Virus record (IMG/VR): IMGVR_UViG_3300045988_163643
Coordinates: 96,001 to 160,000 of that record
Reading direction: 5' to 3' (one strand)
Origin: a virus
Length of the DNA stretch: 64,000 nucleotides
Each line of letters begins with the position of its first letter. The first letter of the stretch is position 1. This document shows, in pieces, positions 7,646 through 17,010 of this stretch. Below the pieces are notes generated by a model, which saw nothing but the letters and a program-made list of their open reading frames with translations, searched no databases and was not told the origin of the DNA. The translations under genes and the position numbers were made by a program.

Positions 7646-9958
7646 ATGGGTAAACTTATAAGATTAGATAATCCTATTGAAATAGAATTTACTTTGGATA
7701 AAAAGGTATATAAAAGTCCTAATAGTAACTTTATGATATTAAGAGTATTTAGTGATACAATGGAAATTAAACCTTACTTAAACCCTATATATAATAATGT
7801 TAGTATGAAAGTAAATACAGTAGGTGAAATAAAATATAAAGTAAAATATAAAGCTAAAGTAACTGAATTAGAATATGATGGAAAATGGGGATATTCAATC
7901 AAAGGACAAGAGATAATACCTTCTGACTTTTCAGCAGATTCCATTAATGATGATAACACAATGTTAAATTTTATAGAATTATTTATCGGTGAAAGCATAG
8001 CAGATAAATTAAAAAATGTAATTGGCATATGTGATATAATAAAAAATAAAAATACCGATGAACTATTAAAAGTACGTGGAATAGGAGAAAAGACAGTAAA
8101 TAAAATATATAATTCTTATCAAGAGAATGTTGAAAATGCACATTATCTTATAACATTAAAACAATTAGGATTTACAGATAATGCTATAAATAAATTAAAC
8201 TCAGTATATGATAAAAACTTATATGAAGCATGTCAACAAATAAAAGAGAATATATTTGAATTAGTGTTTAAAGGATTTAGATTAGATATTATAGACAATA
8301 TATTCTTAAGCAAAATGGAGGGCGACAAAAGAGATGAAAGAAGATTAGAATGTTATACTTATAAAGCTATTAATGATGTATTATATGAAGACTTTGAAAG
8401 TTTTATAAGTATTAGTAGATTTATGAGATTACCAATAATAGAGAATACAGTAGATAATGTCGGAGATGAAATATTTAATAAATGTATAAACAAATTAATA
8501 AAAGATAGAAAAATTTATATCATAGAAGATAAATATATAACAACTTATGGTATTTATAATTGTGATGTTAATCTATATAGAAATTTAAGAAGATTAATAA
8601 ATGGAGATAACAAAAGTAATGTAGACATAGATATAGATAAAGAAATAGATTATGAAGAAGAAAGATTGGGAGTAAAATTAAACAAAGGACAAAGAAATTG
8701 TGTTAAATCTGTATTAACTCATAACATATCTTTATTAACAGGTGGTGGAGGTGTTGGTAAGACTTTCACATTAAACATAATATTAAACATAATGGATAGA
8801 TTATATGAACCATTCTTCCCTACTTTAGTAGCTTTAAGTGGTAAAGCTAGTGGAGTATTAGCTGAATCAACTAATAGAGAAGCAAGTACAATTCATAGAG
8901 CATTAGGTTTCTCAGGTGGATTTTTTATGTATGATGCAACCAATCCATTAAAAACTGATATGTTAGTTATAGATGAAGTTTCTATGGTATCAAATGGATT
9001 AATGTTAAGTTTATTAAGTGCTATTGAAACTGGAACTAAAATATTATTTATAGGAGATGAAAAACAATTAACTAGTATTGGACATTCTAATACTATAAAT
9101 GATTTAAATAAATTACCAATAAATAAATGTCAATTAAATGAACCTATGAGACAAGCGATGAAAAGTGGTATATTAAATGTATGTACTGATATAAGAAATG
9201 ATAAGAATCCATTTGTAAATAAAAAATTTGCATTATATGGTGAATTAAAAGATATGTCAGTTACTATAGGTGATGATAAATATTGGGAAATGATTAATGA
9301 TTATGTAGAAAATTTTGATGTTAATAATAAATTAGATTATACAGTTTTAGCTTGTACTAAAAAAGAAACAAGTAGAATAAATATAGATATTCAAAACGAA
9401 TTAATAAAAAAAGGTAAACTTAATAAAGACAGTAATTATATAGAAATTAGTACTGACCTTAAGGAAGATGATAAGAAAGTTAAAATGAAAGTATATCCAG
9501 GAAGTGTATTACTTATAACAACAAATAAATATAACTTATTATCTGAAGAAGATTATTATAATAATAGAAAAGACGGAAAAAAATGTTTATTCAATGGTAA
9601 CACAGTAATAGTAAAAGAAATATATTCTGATGCAATTAAAGTTAGTTTCAATAATGAAAACTTTATAATTCTTAGTGAATTTTATGATATATTAAGTGGT
9701 GGCTATAGCTACTCAATACATCGTTCTCAAGGAAGTACTATAAAATATTTATATATCTACTTAAGCAACACATATGTTGTAAAAGAAATGCTATTAGTAA
9801 ATGAAGCATTATATACTGCTGTATCAAGAGGGAAAACAAGTTGTAAATTATATGCAGAAAATTATATTATATTGACAAAAGCAATAAACAACAGAGAGAT
9901 AAACAAAAGACAAACAGTATTAGAATTATTAATAGATGGAAAAATAGCTCTTAAATAA
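7646..9958 (+). CDS. RecD/RecD2-like SF1 DNA helicase
   Basis: Walker A GGGGVGKT; Walker B MLVIDEVSMV; SIHRSQGST motif; helix-hairpin-helix LLKVRGIGEKTVNKIY. Confidence 0.85.
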   Translation: MGKLIRLDNPIEIEFTLDKKVYKSPNSNFMILRVFSDTMEIKPYLNPIYNNVSMKVNTVGEIKYKVKYKAKVTELEYDGKWGYSIKGQEIIPSDFSADSINDDNTMLNFIELFIGESIADKLKNVIGICDIIKNKNTDELLKVRGIGEKTVNKIYNSYQENVENAHYLITLKQLGFTDNAINKLNSVYDKNLYEACQQIKENIFELVFKGFRLDIIDNIFLSKMEGDKRDERRLECYTYKAINDVLYEDFESFISISRFMRLPIIENTVDNVGDEIFNKCINKLIKDRKIYIIEDKYITTYGIYNCDVNLYRNLRRLINGDNKSNVDIDIDKEIDYEEERLGVKLNKGQRNCVKSVLTHNISLLTGGGGVGKTFTLNIILNIMDRLYEPFFPTLVALSGKASGVLAESTNREASTIHRALGFSGGFFMYDATNPLKTDMLVIDEVSMVSNGLMLSLLSAIETGTKILFIGDEKQLTSIGHSNTINDLNKLPINKCQLNEPMRQAMKSGILNVCTDIRNDKNPFVNKKFALYGELKDMSVTIGDDKYWEMINDYVENFDVNNKLDYTVLACTKKETSRINIDIQNELIKKGKLNKDSNYIEISTDLKEDDKKVKMKVYPGSVLLITTNKYNLLSEEDYYNNRKDGKKCLFNGNTVIVKEIYSDAIKVSFNNENFIILSEFYDILSGGYSYSIHRSQGSTIKYLYIYLSNTYVVKEMLLVNEALYTAVSRGKTSCKLYAENYIILTKAINNREINKRQTVLELLIDGKIALK

Positions 9959-9996
9959 TTATCTTATTGTATTTGCTTTAGGCATTATTCATTAAA

Positions 9997-10024
9997 AAGG
10001 AGAGTAAAATACTCTTCTTTTTTA
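9997..10024 (+). terminator. rho-independent terminator
   Basis: AAGGAGAGTA / TACTCTTCTT stem followed by a T run. Confidence 0.55.
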
Positions 10025-10196
10025 AAAGAAAATTAAATAACTTTATGGGCTTAAGCAATAGAAAAAATTTTATAAGACTGTCAGTATGAATTGTACATAA
10101 TCTAAAGAAAACTCGTACATCTTTTAAAAAATGTAAAAAAAATAATTACTAATGTCTTATAATATATATGAAAACAAATAAAGGTAGGTGAAAAAT

Positions 10197-10269
10197 TTGT
10201 ACAGAAACTAAAATCTTTATATATATAGTATATATATAATAATATATAGAGAAATTAGTTTCTGTACAA
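10197..10269. promoter_or_regulatory. 73-bp perfect-armed inverted repeat (operator or origin-like)
   Basis: TTGTACAGAAACTA (10197-10210) and its exact reverse complement TAGTTTCTGTACAA (10256-10269) flank an alternating AT core; ends 12 nt before the ATG at 10281. Confidence 0.6.
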
Positions 10270-10280
10270 AAATAATAAAT

Positions 10281-11684
10281 ATGAATATAGAAAATCTAGA
10301 GCTAAATAAGGAATATACATGGAAACAAATTTGTGAATTAACAGATGTGCCATATAAAACAGGCAATACAAAAATAAAACAAATGAAACAGTTTGAAAGT
10401 CTATGTAGGTTTACTAAAGAAAAAACTAAATTTACAATACATGAGATATATAATAAACCTAAAGAAATAGAAGATGGTAGAAAAAATAATAGGGGTTCTG
10501 ATATTCGTTTATCTAAATATGAACCACTAGATGACCAATTGTTTGCAATGTTTGATGATATACTTGAGAATAATTCCAATTTACCTGTTATAGAAGACAA
10601 AACAAATGAATTATATAAAGTGTATCTTTGGACGAGTGAAATGAAGAAAGTGACTGGAATGGTTAATAGTGAATTTAAAGGAAATAAAAATGATAATACT
10701 ACAAGAACACATATTAAAGAAAGTGTAAAAAATATTACTCCTTATGAAAAATATAAAAAAAATGTTAAAGAAGATATAAAAAAAGAGGAGGAGATACTTA
10801 TAAAAGAATATGAAAAATATGTTGATGAGAGTGTTGATTTAATATTTAATGATATATTTCCAACTTGCAAACAAAGAACTGATGAGATGTTACATGGAGC
10901 TTTAGGGAGATTAGAAAAACAACATATAATATTTGTAAATAGAGCTTATATGTTGCAGTTTAAATATGAGACTGGAGAATATGATGAAGATGGAAATGAA
11001 ATAGTTTTATATTATCAACAATATACAAATGGAACAAAAGAAACAGCTGTAATAGATAACATAAAATTATCTGTAATTGAAGATTGGAATAAAATACTTG
11101 ATAGAAAAAAATTTTTTAAAGGAACTGAATTAAAAATATATAAATATTTTAAAAATAAAAAAGATGAGAATGGTAATATAAAAAAAATATCTAATATGAA
11201 TGATATACCTAATGATTTATTAGGTATATTTAATAGATGCTTTAAAGAAAAAATGATAAAAAAATTTGGAGATTCTGCAATGTATTTTGATTGTGCTTTT
11301 GCTTGTAATGAAGTATTAATTAATAAAAAAATGATGAATTTCAAATATGATGATAGCAAAAGAAAACAAATAATAACTTGTAAAAAAGATTTAACTAATA
11401 AAAAGAAAATTAATCAATTAGTTACAGCTAGTTTAGTTAATACCTTCAAAAAGAAAATAAAAAACTCTAAAAATGATACCTCATCTTTTAGTAATAAAAA
11501 ATACGATAAGGTAAGAAATGATTTTGAAGAAATATATCTAACAACAGTTGAAGATAAAGTAAGAATAGATTTTAAGAAAGATAATTCAGAAATACTTAGA
11601 TTGTCATCACCAAAAATAAAAAATGAAAATGATACAATAATTAATTTACTTAAAGATGATGATGATAGTAAAAATACTAAATAA
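10281..11684 (+). CDS. hypothetical protein (467 aa), candidate DNA-binding or replication-initiation protein
   Basis: ORF track; flanked on both sides by ACAGAAA-containing repeats; function is inferred from context only. Confidence 0.5.
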   Translation: MNIENLELNKEYTWKQICELTDVPYKTGNTKIKQMKQFESLCRFTKEKTKFTIHEIYNKPKEIEDGRKNNRGSDIRLSKYEPLDDQLFAMFDDILENNSNLPVIEDKTNELYKVYLWTSEMKKVTGMVNSEFKGNKNDNTTRTHIKESVKNITPYEKYKKNVKEDIKKEEEILIKEYEKYVDESVDLIFNDIFPTCKQRTDEMLHGALGRLEKQHIIFVNRAYMLQFKYETGEYDEDGNEIVLYYQQYTNGTKETAVIDNIKLSVIEDWNKILDRKKFFKGTELKIYKYFKNKKDENGNIKKISNMNDIPNDLLGIFNRCFKEKMIKKFGDSAMYFDCAFACNEVLINKKMMNFKYDDSKRKQIITCKKDLTNKKKINQLVTASLVNTFKKKIKNSKNDTSSFSNKKYDKVRNDFEEIYLTTVEDKVRIDFKKDNSEILRLSSPKIKNENDTIINLLKDDDDSKNTK

Positions 11685-11697
11685 ATTATTAATAAAA

Positions 11698-11760
11698 AGG
11701 GGACAGAAATTGTATGTAAGCTATAAAGGAAGGGGACAGAAATTGTATGTAAGCTATAAA
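11698..11760 (+). repeat. two perfect 30-bp direct repeats with 33-bp period
   Basis: AGGGGACAGAAATTGTATGTAAGCTATAAA at 11698-11727 and 11731-11760; a third partial ACAGAAAATT lies in the following hairpin. Confidence 0.8.
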
Positions 11761-11764
11761 AAAA

Positions 11765-11793
11765 GGAACAGAAAATTAATCTGTTCCTTTTTT
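11765..11793. terminator. bidirectional terminator
   Basis: GGAACAG / CTGTTCC stem (11765-11787) followed by a T run. Confidence 0.55.
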
Positions 11794-12519
11794 ATTATCT
11801 AAAACCTTATTAATTATATTCATTCCATTTTTCTCTTTATGTTTATTAAATGATAAGAGATAATCTTTGGCACTTTGTTTTTTAGGTTTTTTTAATAACT
11901 TATCAATTATTCTTTTATTTGTTTTTTTAGTGTTTGTTTTTTTAACAGTGACACTCGCATGTTTTTCTTTTTTAGATTTTTTTTCTTTAGGAGTTTTATC
12001 TTCTATTGATGTAATTCTATGCATTTGCTTTAACAACATATGATAATATCCGTGGTCACATCCATTTTCTACCCAGTACATATCTCCTAAATCTTGTATA
12101 TAATAACACGAATTAAAATAATAAGTGTTGGATTTTCTAACGCCAGACATTACAGCAAGTTTATCAATCATTGCTTTATAACCATCTTTGATGTTTTTAA
12201 ATCTCATCCAACCATGTTTGGCTTTTAAACCTCCAGGGTTGTTATAGCTTCTAAAAAGATGACTTTTACCATAGCCTGTTTCTATACTTGTCATTGCTAT
12301 AACTAATGTTGCATTTACTCCTACTTCATCACAGTATTCGTAGATATAGTCAACACAACCCATTAATTTTTTACTAGTATTTCTATTGTATAAAAATACT
12401 TTAGCTTGATAAGGTGTTGATGTATTATCGGTTGCTATTATTGGTTTACTCGCATAACTGGAGCAAGGAAGTAAAACCATTAACATACATAAGAATAAAG
12501 TAAATATTTTCTTTTTCAT
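11776..12519 (-). CDS. GH73-type N-acetylglucosaminidase with N-terminal signal peptide
   Basis: hydrophobic leader MKKKIFTLFLCMLMVLLPCSSYAS; motif TSIETGYGKS...YNNPGG typical of glucosaminidase domains. Confidence 0.65.
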   Translation of the reverse strand: MKKKIFTLFLCMLMVLLPCSSYASKPIIATDNTSTPYQAKVFLYNRNTSKKLMGCVDYIYEYCDEVGVNATLVIAMTSIETGYGKSHLFRSYNNPGGLKAKHGWMRFKNIKDGYKAMIDKLAVMSGVRKSNTYYFNSCYYIQDLGDMYWVENGCDHGYYHMLLKQMHRITSIEDKTPKEKKSKKEKHASVTVKKTNTKKTNKRIIDKLLKKPKKQSAKDYLLSFNKHKEKNGMNIINKVLDNKKGTD

Positions 12520-13406
12520 TATTTATCATCTCGATAAAAAATATTCATATCAACTTTACCTATACCATCAATATAACCCTTATCAGTGTATTGCCACATT
12601 CTAAATTTACCTAGTTTTATACATTTTCCATTCCATGAAGCAATCCATGTATAATGACTATTCAATAAATCTTCTGTAAAATAATTATCACTAAAATCTA
12701 AATTTGTATATATACCACTATCGTATCCATCTTTTTCTACTATTCTACAAAATTCGTTTCCAAGAGATGTAACTAACTTTTTAGTGGGTCTAACTCCAAA
12801 TTGAGTAGAATATCGTACTGAATCATATTCATAATCAAACCATACTCCTAATGTTATATGCTTTCTGTATGGTTCAATTAATTTTAAACAGAAATTTGTC
12901 TCTTTCTTGACATCATTTAAATCCATAGCATAACTAAAATGATATACACCTATTTCCATATCATTTTTTATAGCTTGTTCTATATTATATTTAAATTTAT
13001 AATCTTCTGTTTTAGCATATCCAGTTCTTATTATACAAAAGTCTATCCCTGCCTTTTTAACTCTCTTCCAATCTATAGTCCCATTCCATTTAGAAACATC
13101 TATTCCTTTAAGTTGTTTCTTGTCTGATTTTATATTACCCTTCTTTTTAGATTCTTTCTTTATCTCTTTTTCCAATTCTATATTGTTGCTTATTACTTTA
13201 GTTTTCTCTTCTTTGTTTTTTCTACTTTCTTCAACTTTAGAATTCTTTCCGATAAGAGAATTTATCAAATCTAAACCATTATTTTTTGGTCTTTGATTAC
13301 TGTTGTCTAAAATATTGTAAATAATGTCAGTTGGTTGGGCATTAATTGTTTGTATTGGGAAAGTTAATACACATAATGCAATTAAAAAAGACAGTATCTT
13401 TTTCAA
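12519..13406 (-). CDS. GH25 muramidase (lysozyme) with N-terminal signal peptide
   Basis: MKKILSFLIALCVLTFPIQTINAQ leader; GIDVSKWNGTIDWKRVKKAGIDFCIIRTGY is the GH25 N-terminal signature. Confidence 0.8.
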   Translation of the reverse strand: MKKILSFLIALCVLTFPIQTINAQPTDIIYNILDNSNQRPKNNGLDLINSLIGKNSKVEESRKNKEEKTKVISNNIELEKEIKKESKKKGNIKSDKKQLKGIDVSKWNGTIDWKRVKKAGIDFCIIRTGYAKTEDYKFKYNIEQAIKNDMEIGVYHFSYAMDLNDVKKETNFCLKLIEPYRKHITLGVWFDYEYDSVRYSTQFGVRPTKKLVTSLGNEFCRIVEKDGYDSGIYTNLDFSDNYFTEDLLNSHYTWIASWNGKCIKLGKFRMWQYTDKGYIDGIGKVDMNIFYRDDK

Positions 13407-13407
13407 T

Positions 13408-14019
13408 CTAGTCGTCTTCTTTATCTTTTGGTATTATTACTCTGAAAGTTAATACACCAGCAACAACAAATAATCCCATTTTAAACAAATCAACCAAAAT
13501 ATTAACAAAGCTTTCTTGTAAAGTTGTAAACCATGCTCCTTGTGGTGATATGCCTAAAGCTAAAATGAACATAATTATCCACATTATTCCTACTGCTAGT
13601 TTTTGTTTGTTTCTTTGAAACCAAGTTTTTTTAGGATTAGGACAACATTTTTCACAATGGCATCCTGTTGGATGTTGTTCAGTTTTAGGGGATTCAACAA
13701 CCATTTTCTTTTCCACAATACAAGATTCAACACCTTTGCAAGTAAGATGCTCATATTGTTCTTGTTGAATTTCACCATTAATAGGACAACCTATTCCATT
13801 TTTACTTGTGCTATTTAAGATGTTGTTTATTTCATCTAGTTTTTTCATTTCAGCACATAACTCATCTTTTTTCAATCTTATGTCTAAATTTTGAGTTTCT
13901 CTTATTCTTTTTTCTTCTAAAGCTTCTTTAATCTCACGAATGTTTTCATTTCTATCTTTCTCATTCATAGTAATTTTTTCAGCTCCTTCTAACATGTTTT
14001 TGATTTTTAGAGATTTCAT
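13408..14019 (-). CDS. membrane protein, possible holin or lysis regulator
   Basis: two hydrophobic C-terminal segments (LAVGIMWIIMFILALGI, MGLFVVAGVLTF); first gene of the lysis cassette. Confidence 0.35.
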   Translation of the reverse strand: MKSLKIKNMLEGAEKITMNEKDRNENIREIKEALEEKRIRETQNLDIRLKKDELCAEMKKLDEINNILNSTSKNGIGCPINGEIQQEQYEHLTCKGVESCIVEKKMVVESPKTEQHPTGCHCEKCCPNPKKTWFQRNKQKLAVGIMWIIMFILALGISPQGAWFTTLQESFVNILVDLFKMGLFVVAGVLTFRVIIPKDKEDD

Positions 14020-14103
14020 GCTTCCACCTCACAATCTCTTATTTTTTTGATAATTATTTTACATATATTTAATAATACATTTTTATTAATTTTATTAAAA
14101 CTA

Positions 14104-14132
14104 TTTACTTTTAATAAAAGTTTTAGTATATT
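14104..14132 (+). promoter_or_regulatory. phage-consensus promoter, first of a tandem pair
   Basis: TTTACT 14104-14109, 17-nt spacer, TATATT 14127-14132. Confidence 0.5.
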
Positions 14133-14157
14133 ATATATATAAAATTTTTTAAATATG

Positions 14158-14186
14158 TTTACTTTTAACAAAAGTATTAGTATAAT
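14158..14186 (+). promoter_or_regulatory. phage-consensus promoter, second of a tandem pair
   Basis: TTTACT 14158-14163, 17-nt spacer, TATAAT 14181-14186. Confidence 0.55.
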
Positions 14187-14212
14187 ATATATAAAAGGAA
14201 GGAGATGAAGGT

Positions 14213-14536
14213 ATGAAGAATCCAGTTAATCAAATTCACAAAAAAATGTTAGAAGAATTTGAAAGTAAAAGAAAATATAATAAAAGAATGATAGAAGAAG
14301 ATGTATCATGGAGAAAAGTACCGTTTGAAATAAAAAAAATATTTTACGAAGCATACGATTTAACAAATGAATTATCAGATGAATTGTTAATAAAAATAGA
14401 AGATAGTAAAGAAGAATTTGATTATGAGATAGATGAATACTTTAATTATATTATGTTGGAGGAAGAATGGTATAATTTAATATTTTTCTCATTATGCAAA
14501 AAATATGGAATAGATAAAAATGTTCTATCAATTTAG
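14213..14536 (+). CDS. hypothetical protein (107 aa)
   Basis: ORF track; GGAAGGAG SD upstream. Confidence 0.5.
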   Translation: MKNPVNQIHKKMLEEFESKRKYNKRMIEEDVSWRKVPFEIKKIFYEAYDLTNELSDELLIKIEDSKEEFDYEIDEYFNYIMLEEEWYNLIFFSLCKKYGIDKNVLSI

Positions 14537-14590
14537 TGAAATATAAAATAAAAATAAAGTAAATATAGTTAAAAAATGGAGAGATAATGA

Positions 14591-15616
14591 ATGGAAGAAA
14601 AAGAAAAAAGAGCAATAGATATAGAAGATATGTTTGAAGTCTGTACTATAAAAGATGAACATGGGGAAGACGGTTATAGTTTAGGAACATATAAGGACAG
14701 ACAAGCTTTAAGTGGTTTTTATATAAAAGCTAAAAGAGATAGCTTATTAGAGAGAGTAGAAGGTTTCTTTTGTGGTAAATTTAAATTAGAAAATGACCCT
14801 GAAAATTATAGACAAGAAGCGAGGATAGAGCTTTGGTTATCAATAGATAAATATTATAATAAACTTGGCTATGATGATAGTGTTAAAGGAGATGGATTAA
14901 TATTTACAAATTGCAAATATAAAGCAATGGATATGGCTAAATTGGCAAAGGGAAATGTATCTGTTTGTGATAGAACAACTGGCAAATATTATATAAATAA
15001 AATAGAATCATTTGAACAGAAGTTCATTGAAGAAAATGATAAAATGAGAAATCAAAAAGATGAGAAATATTTAAGTGAAAAATATAATATTGAAGATTTT
15101 AATAAAGTATTTACTGGAGAATATGAAACAACAAATGAATTTATTCGATGGTTTGAAAAAAATAAAAGTTATATATTAACAAAAAAACAAATAGATTATT
15201 TAAATGGAGATGCAATAATAAAAAACGCAAGTGGCGTTTGGATAATAAATAAAAATATAAGAAAAAGAGTAGAAAGTTGTTATGCAAATGATAAATTAAA
15301 AAAAGAAAGAATTAAGAAATTAAATAAAAAATTAAAGAGTGTAAATTATTTATTAGAATTTAGTGATGAAGAAGATTTGATTAATAGACTTAAAAGAATG
15401 TCAAAAAGAAAAGATGATAGAATTTTAATGAAATTATTTGAATATCTAAGTAAAGATGAATGTATTCTATTAACTAGAATATTAAATGATAAAGATTATG
15501 AAGTTGAAAGTAAAAAGTTTTATTATAACATAATAGAAATATTAATAAATGAAGAAGTATACATAAATAATTTAATTGAAAACATGAAAAAGGAAGGTGA
15601 AATCCCTTGGGATTAA
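14591..15616 (+). CDS. putative sigma-factor-like transcription regulator
   Basis: YRQEARIELWLSIDKYY...FTNCKYKAMDMAK resembles sigma-70 region 2; weak, judged by eye. Confidence 0.35.
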   Translation: MEEKEKRAIDIEDMFEVCTIKDEHGEDGYSLGTYKDRQALSGFYIKAKRDSLLERVEGFFCGKFKLENDPENYRQEARIELWLSIDKYYNKLGYDDSVKGDGLIFTNCKYKAMDMAKLAKGNVSVCDRTTGKYYINKIESFEQKFIEENDKMRNQKDEKYLSEKYNIEDFNKVFTGEYETTNEFIRWFEKNKSYILTKKQIDYLNGDAIIKNASGVWIINKNIRKRVESCYANDKLKKERIKKLNKKLKSVNYLLEFSDEEDLINRLKRMSKRKDDRILMKLFEYLSKDECILLTRILNDKDYEVESKKFYYNIIEILINEEVYINNLIENMKKEGEIPWD

Positions 15617-16062
15617 AAAGAAGAAATGTTAGAAGCATTAATGAAAAAGAAAATAATAAAATAGAGATATGTGCTTCAGAGGAAAATAAAGAAGATGTAA
15701 AGGAAGTTACTACTGAAAAGGTAGAATTAGCTAACGATATGATTAAAACTCCAATAGAGCCAATTAACGAGCTTACAGATACAATTGAAGAAGATACTAA
15801 TGTTGCAGAAGAAAAAGAAGTAGAAAATTCAAATGTAGAAAAAGAAGATATAGCAAAAATAATAGAAGAAGAAAATAATAAATCTGAAGAAGATAAAAAA
15901 GTTATATGTTTGGATACTGGAATAGTATATGAAAACAGTAAAGATGCAGAAAGTAAAACTGTTGCTAAATCCAATGCTATAACTAGGTGTTGTAATGGAA
16001 ATTGTAAAAAAGCTGGTAAATTAAGATGGCAATATTATAAAGATTATTTACTTGAAAAATAA
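15607..16062 (+). CDS. acidic protein with a C-terminal homing-endonuclease-type DNA-binding module and no nuclease domain
   Basis: TTG start after AAGGAAGGTGA; C-terminus VICLDTGIVYENSKDAESKTVAKSNAITRCCNGNCKKAGKLRWQYY parallels the C-terminus of the GIY-YIG protein at 39364..39972. Confidence 0.45.
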   Translation: MGLKRRNVRSINEKENNKIEICASEENKEDVKEVTTEKVELANDMIKTPIEPINELTDTIEEDTNVAEEKEVENSNVEKEDIAKIIEEENNKSEEDKKVICLDTGIVYENSKDAESKTVAKSNAITRCCNGNCKKAGKLRWQYYKDYLLEK

Positions 16063-16072
16063 AATAAAAATA

Positions 16073-16101
16073 TTTGACTTTTAATGAAAATATTAGTATT
16101 A
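16073..16101 (+). promoter_or_regulatory. phage-consensus promoter
   Basis: TTGACT 16073-16078, 17-nt spacer, TATTAT 16096-16101. Confidence 0.55.
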
Positions 16102-16221
16102 TATAAGTAAAGCTACGATAAATCAATAAAAAACATATATAGTTGTCTTACATAAAAAATGTAATATTTCAATTAATGCACCATAAACGGTATATTAATT
16201 AATATGTAAGGAGAGATAACA

Positions 16222-17010
16222 ATGACTGAAAAAGAATTTGTAAGGGCATTGGTAGCAGAATGTAAAAGGAATGGATATAGAATATCGCAACCTAATGTTA
16301 AAAAAGTAATAAAATCTTTAAGAAATTTGACATTTAAAACTTGTTTAGAAGGAGAAGAAGTTAGATTGTTAGGGTTTTGCACATTTACACCTGAAGAAAC
16401 AAGAGATGTAATCCTACCAAATGGAGAACACAATAAAAAGAGAACTGTCATAAGAGTAAAATTAACAGAAGTATTTAAAAGAAGGTTTAGAGATACAGCA
16501 GTATTAGTAAGAGATGGAGCTATGGATATATCAGATATTCATTATAATATGTTCTTTGAAGATGATGAGGAATATGATGATTTGTTTGATGATTTAGATG
16601 AAGAAATAGAGGAAATAGAAGAACAGATAGCAGAACTAGAAGATGAAGACGAAGAAGATGAAATTGACGACGACGACGATGATGAAGACGATAATATAGA
16701 AGATGATGAAGATGAAGAATTGGATAGCGAAGAAGATGAAGATGATACTGATGATGACAATATAGACAATGAAGAAACTGTTGTTGATGAGGAAGAAGAT
16801 GACAACTTAAACACAGAAGAAATGGAAGAAAATAACGATGATGAAGATACAGATGATGATACTGATTCTGAAGACGAGGAAGAAGATGAAACCGACGATG
16901 AAGATGATGAATCAGATGAAGAAGAAGAAAATTCTGAAACAGAAGAACTAATAGAAAAATTAAATAGTTTGTATGAAGAATTTAAAAGTAATTTAAGAGG
17001 TGGAAAATAG
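16222..17010 (+). CDS. HU/IHF-fold DNA-binding protein fused to an approximately 150-aa poly-Asp/Glu tail
   Basis: N-terminal 90 aa fit the Bac_DNA_binding pattern (GEEVRLLGFCTFTPEETRD...P.G....R.VIRVKL); residues about 110-255 are almost entirely D/E. Confidence 0.6.
   Translation: MTEKEFVRALVAECKRNGYRISQPNVKKVIKSLRNLTFKTCLEGEEVRLLGFCTFTPEETRDVILPNGEHNKKRTVIRVKLTEVFKRRFRDTAVLVRDGAMDISDIHYNMFFEDDEEYDDLFDDLDEEIEEIEEQIAELEDEDEEDEIDDDDDDEDDNIEDDEDEELDSEEDEDDTDDDNIDNEETVVDEEEDDNLNTEEMEENNDDEDTDDDTDSEDEEEDETDDEDDESDEEEENSETEELIEKLNSLYEEFKSNLRGGK

Noticed and set aside
16542-16814. Antisense and overlapping ORFs in the track (e.g. 2973..3155, 3184..3396, 5878..6273, 6875..7126, 7774..8028, 10217..10600, 11015..11359, 15474..15974, 16173..16451, 16542..16814, 17403..17687, 19280..19618, 29743..30175, 40309..44439 set, 47276..47986, 49853..50278, 50832..51149, 51920..52441, 59776..59985, 62293..62532)
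   Set aside because: All lie antisense to or out of frame within long, well-supported genes. They lack an SD and have low-complexity composition mirroring the sense strand (e.g. poly-Ser opposite poly-Asp/Glu).
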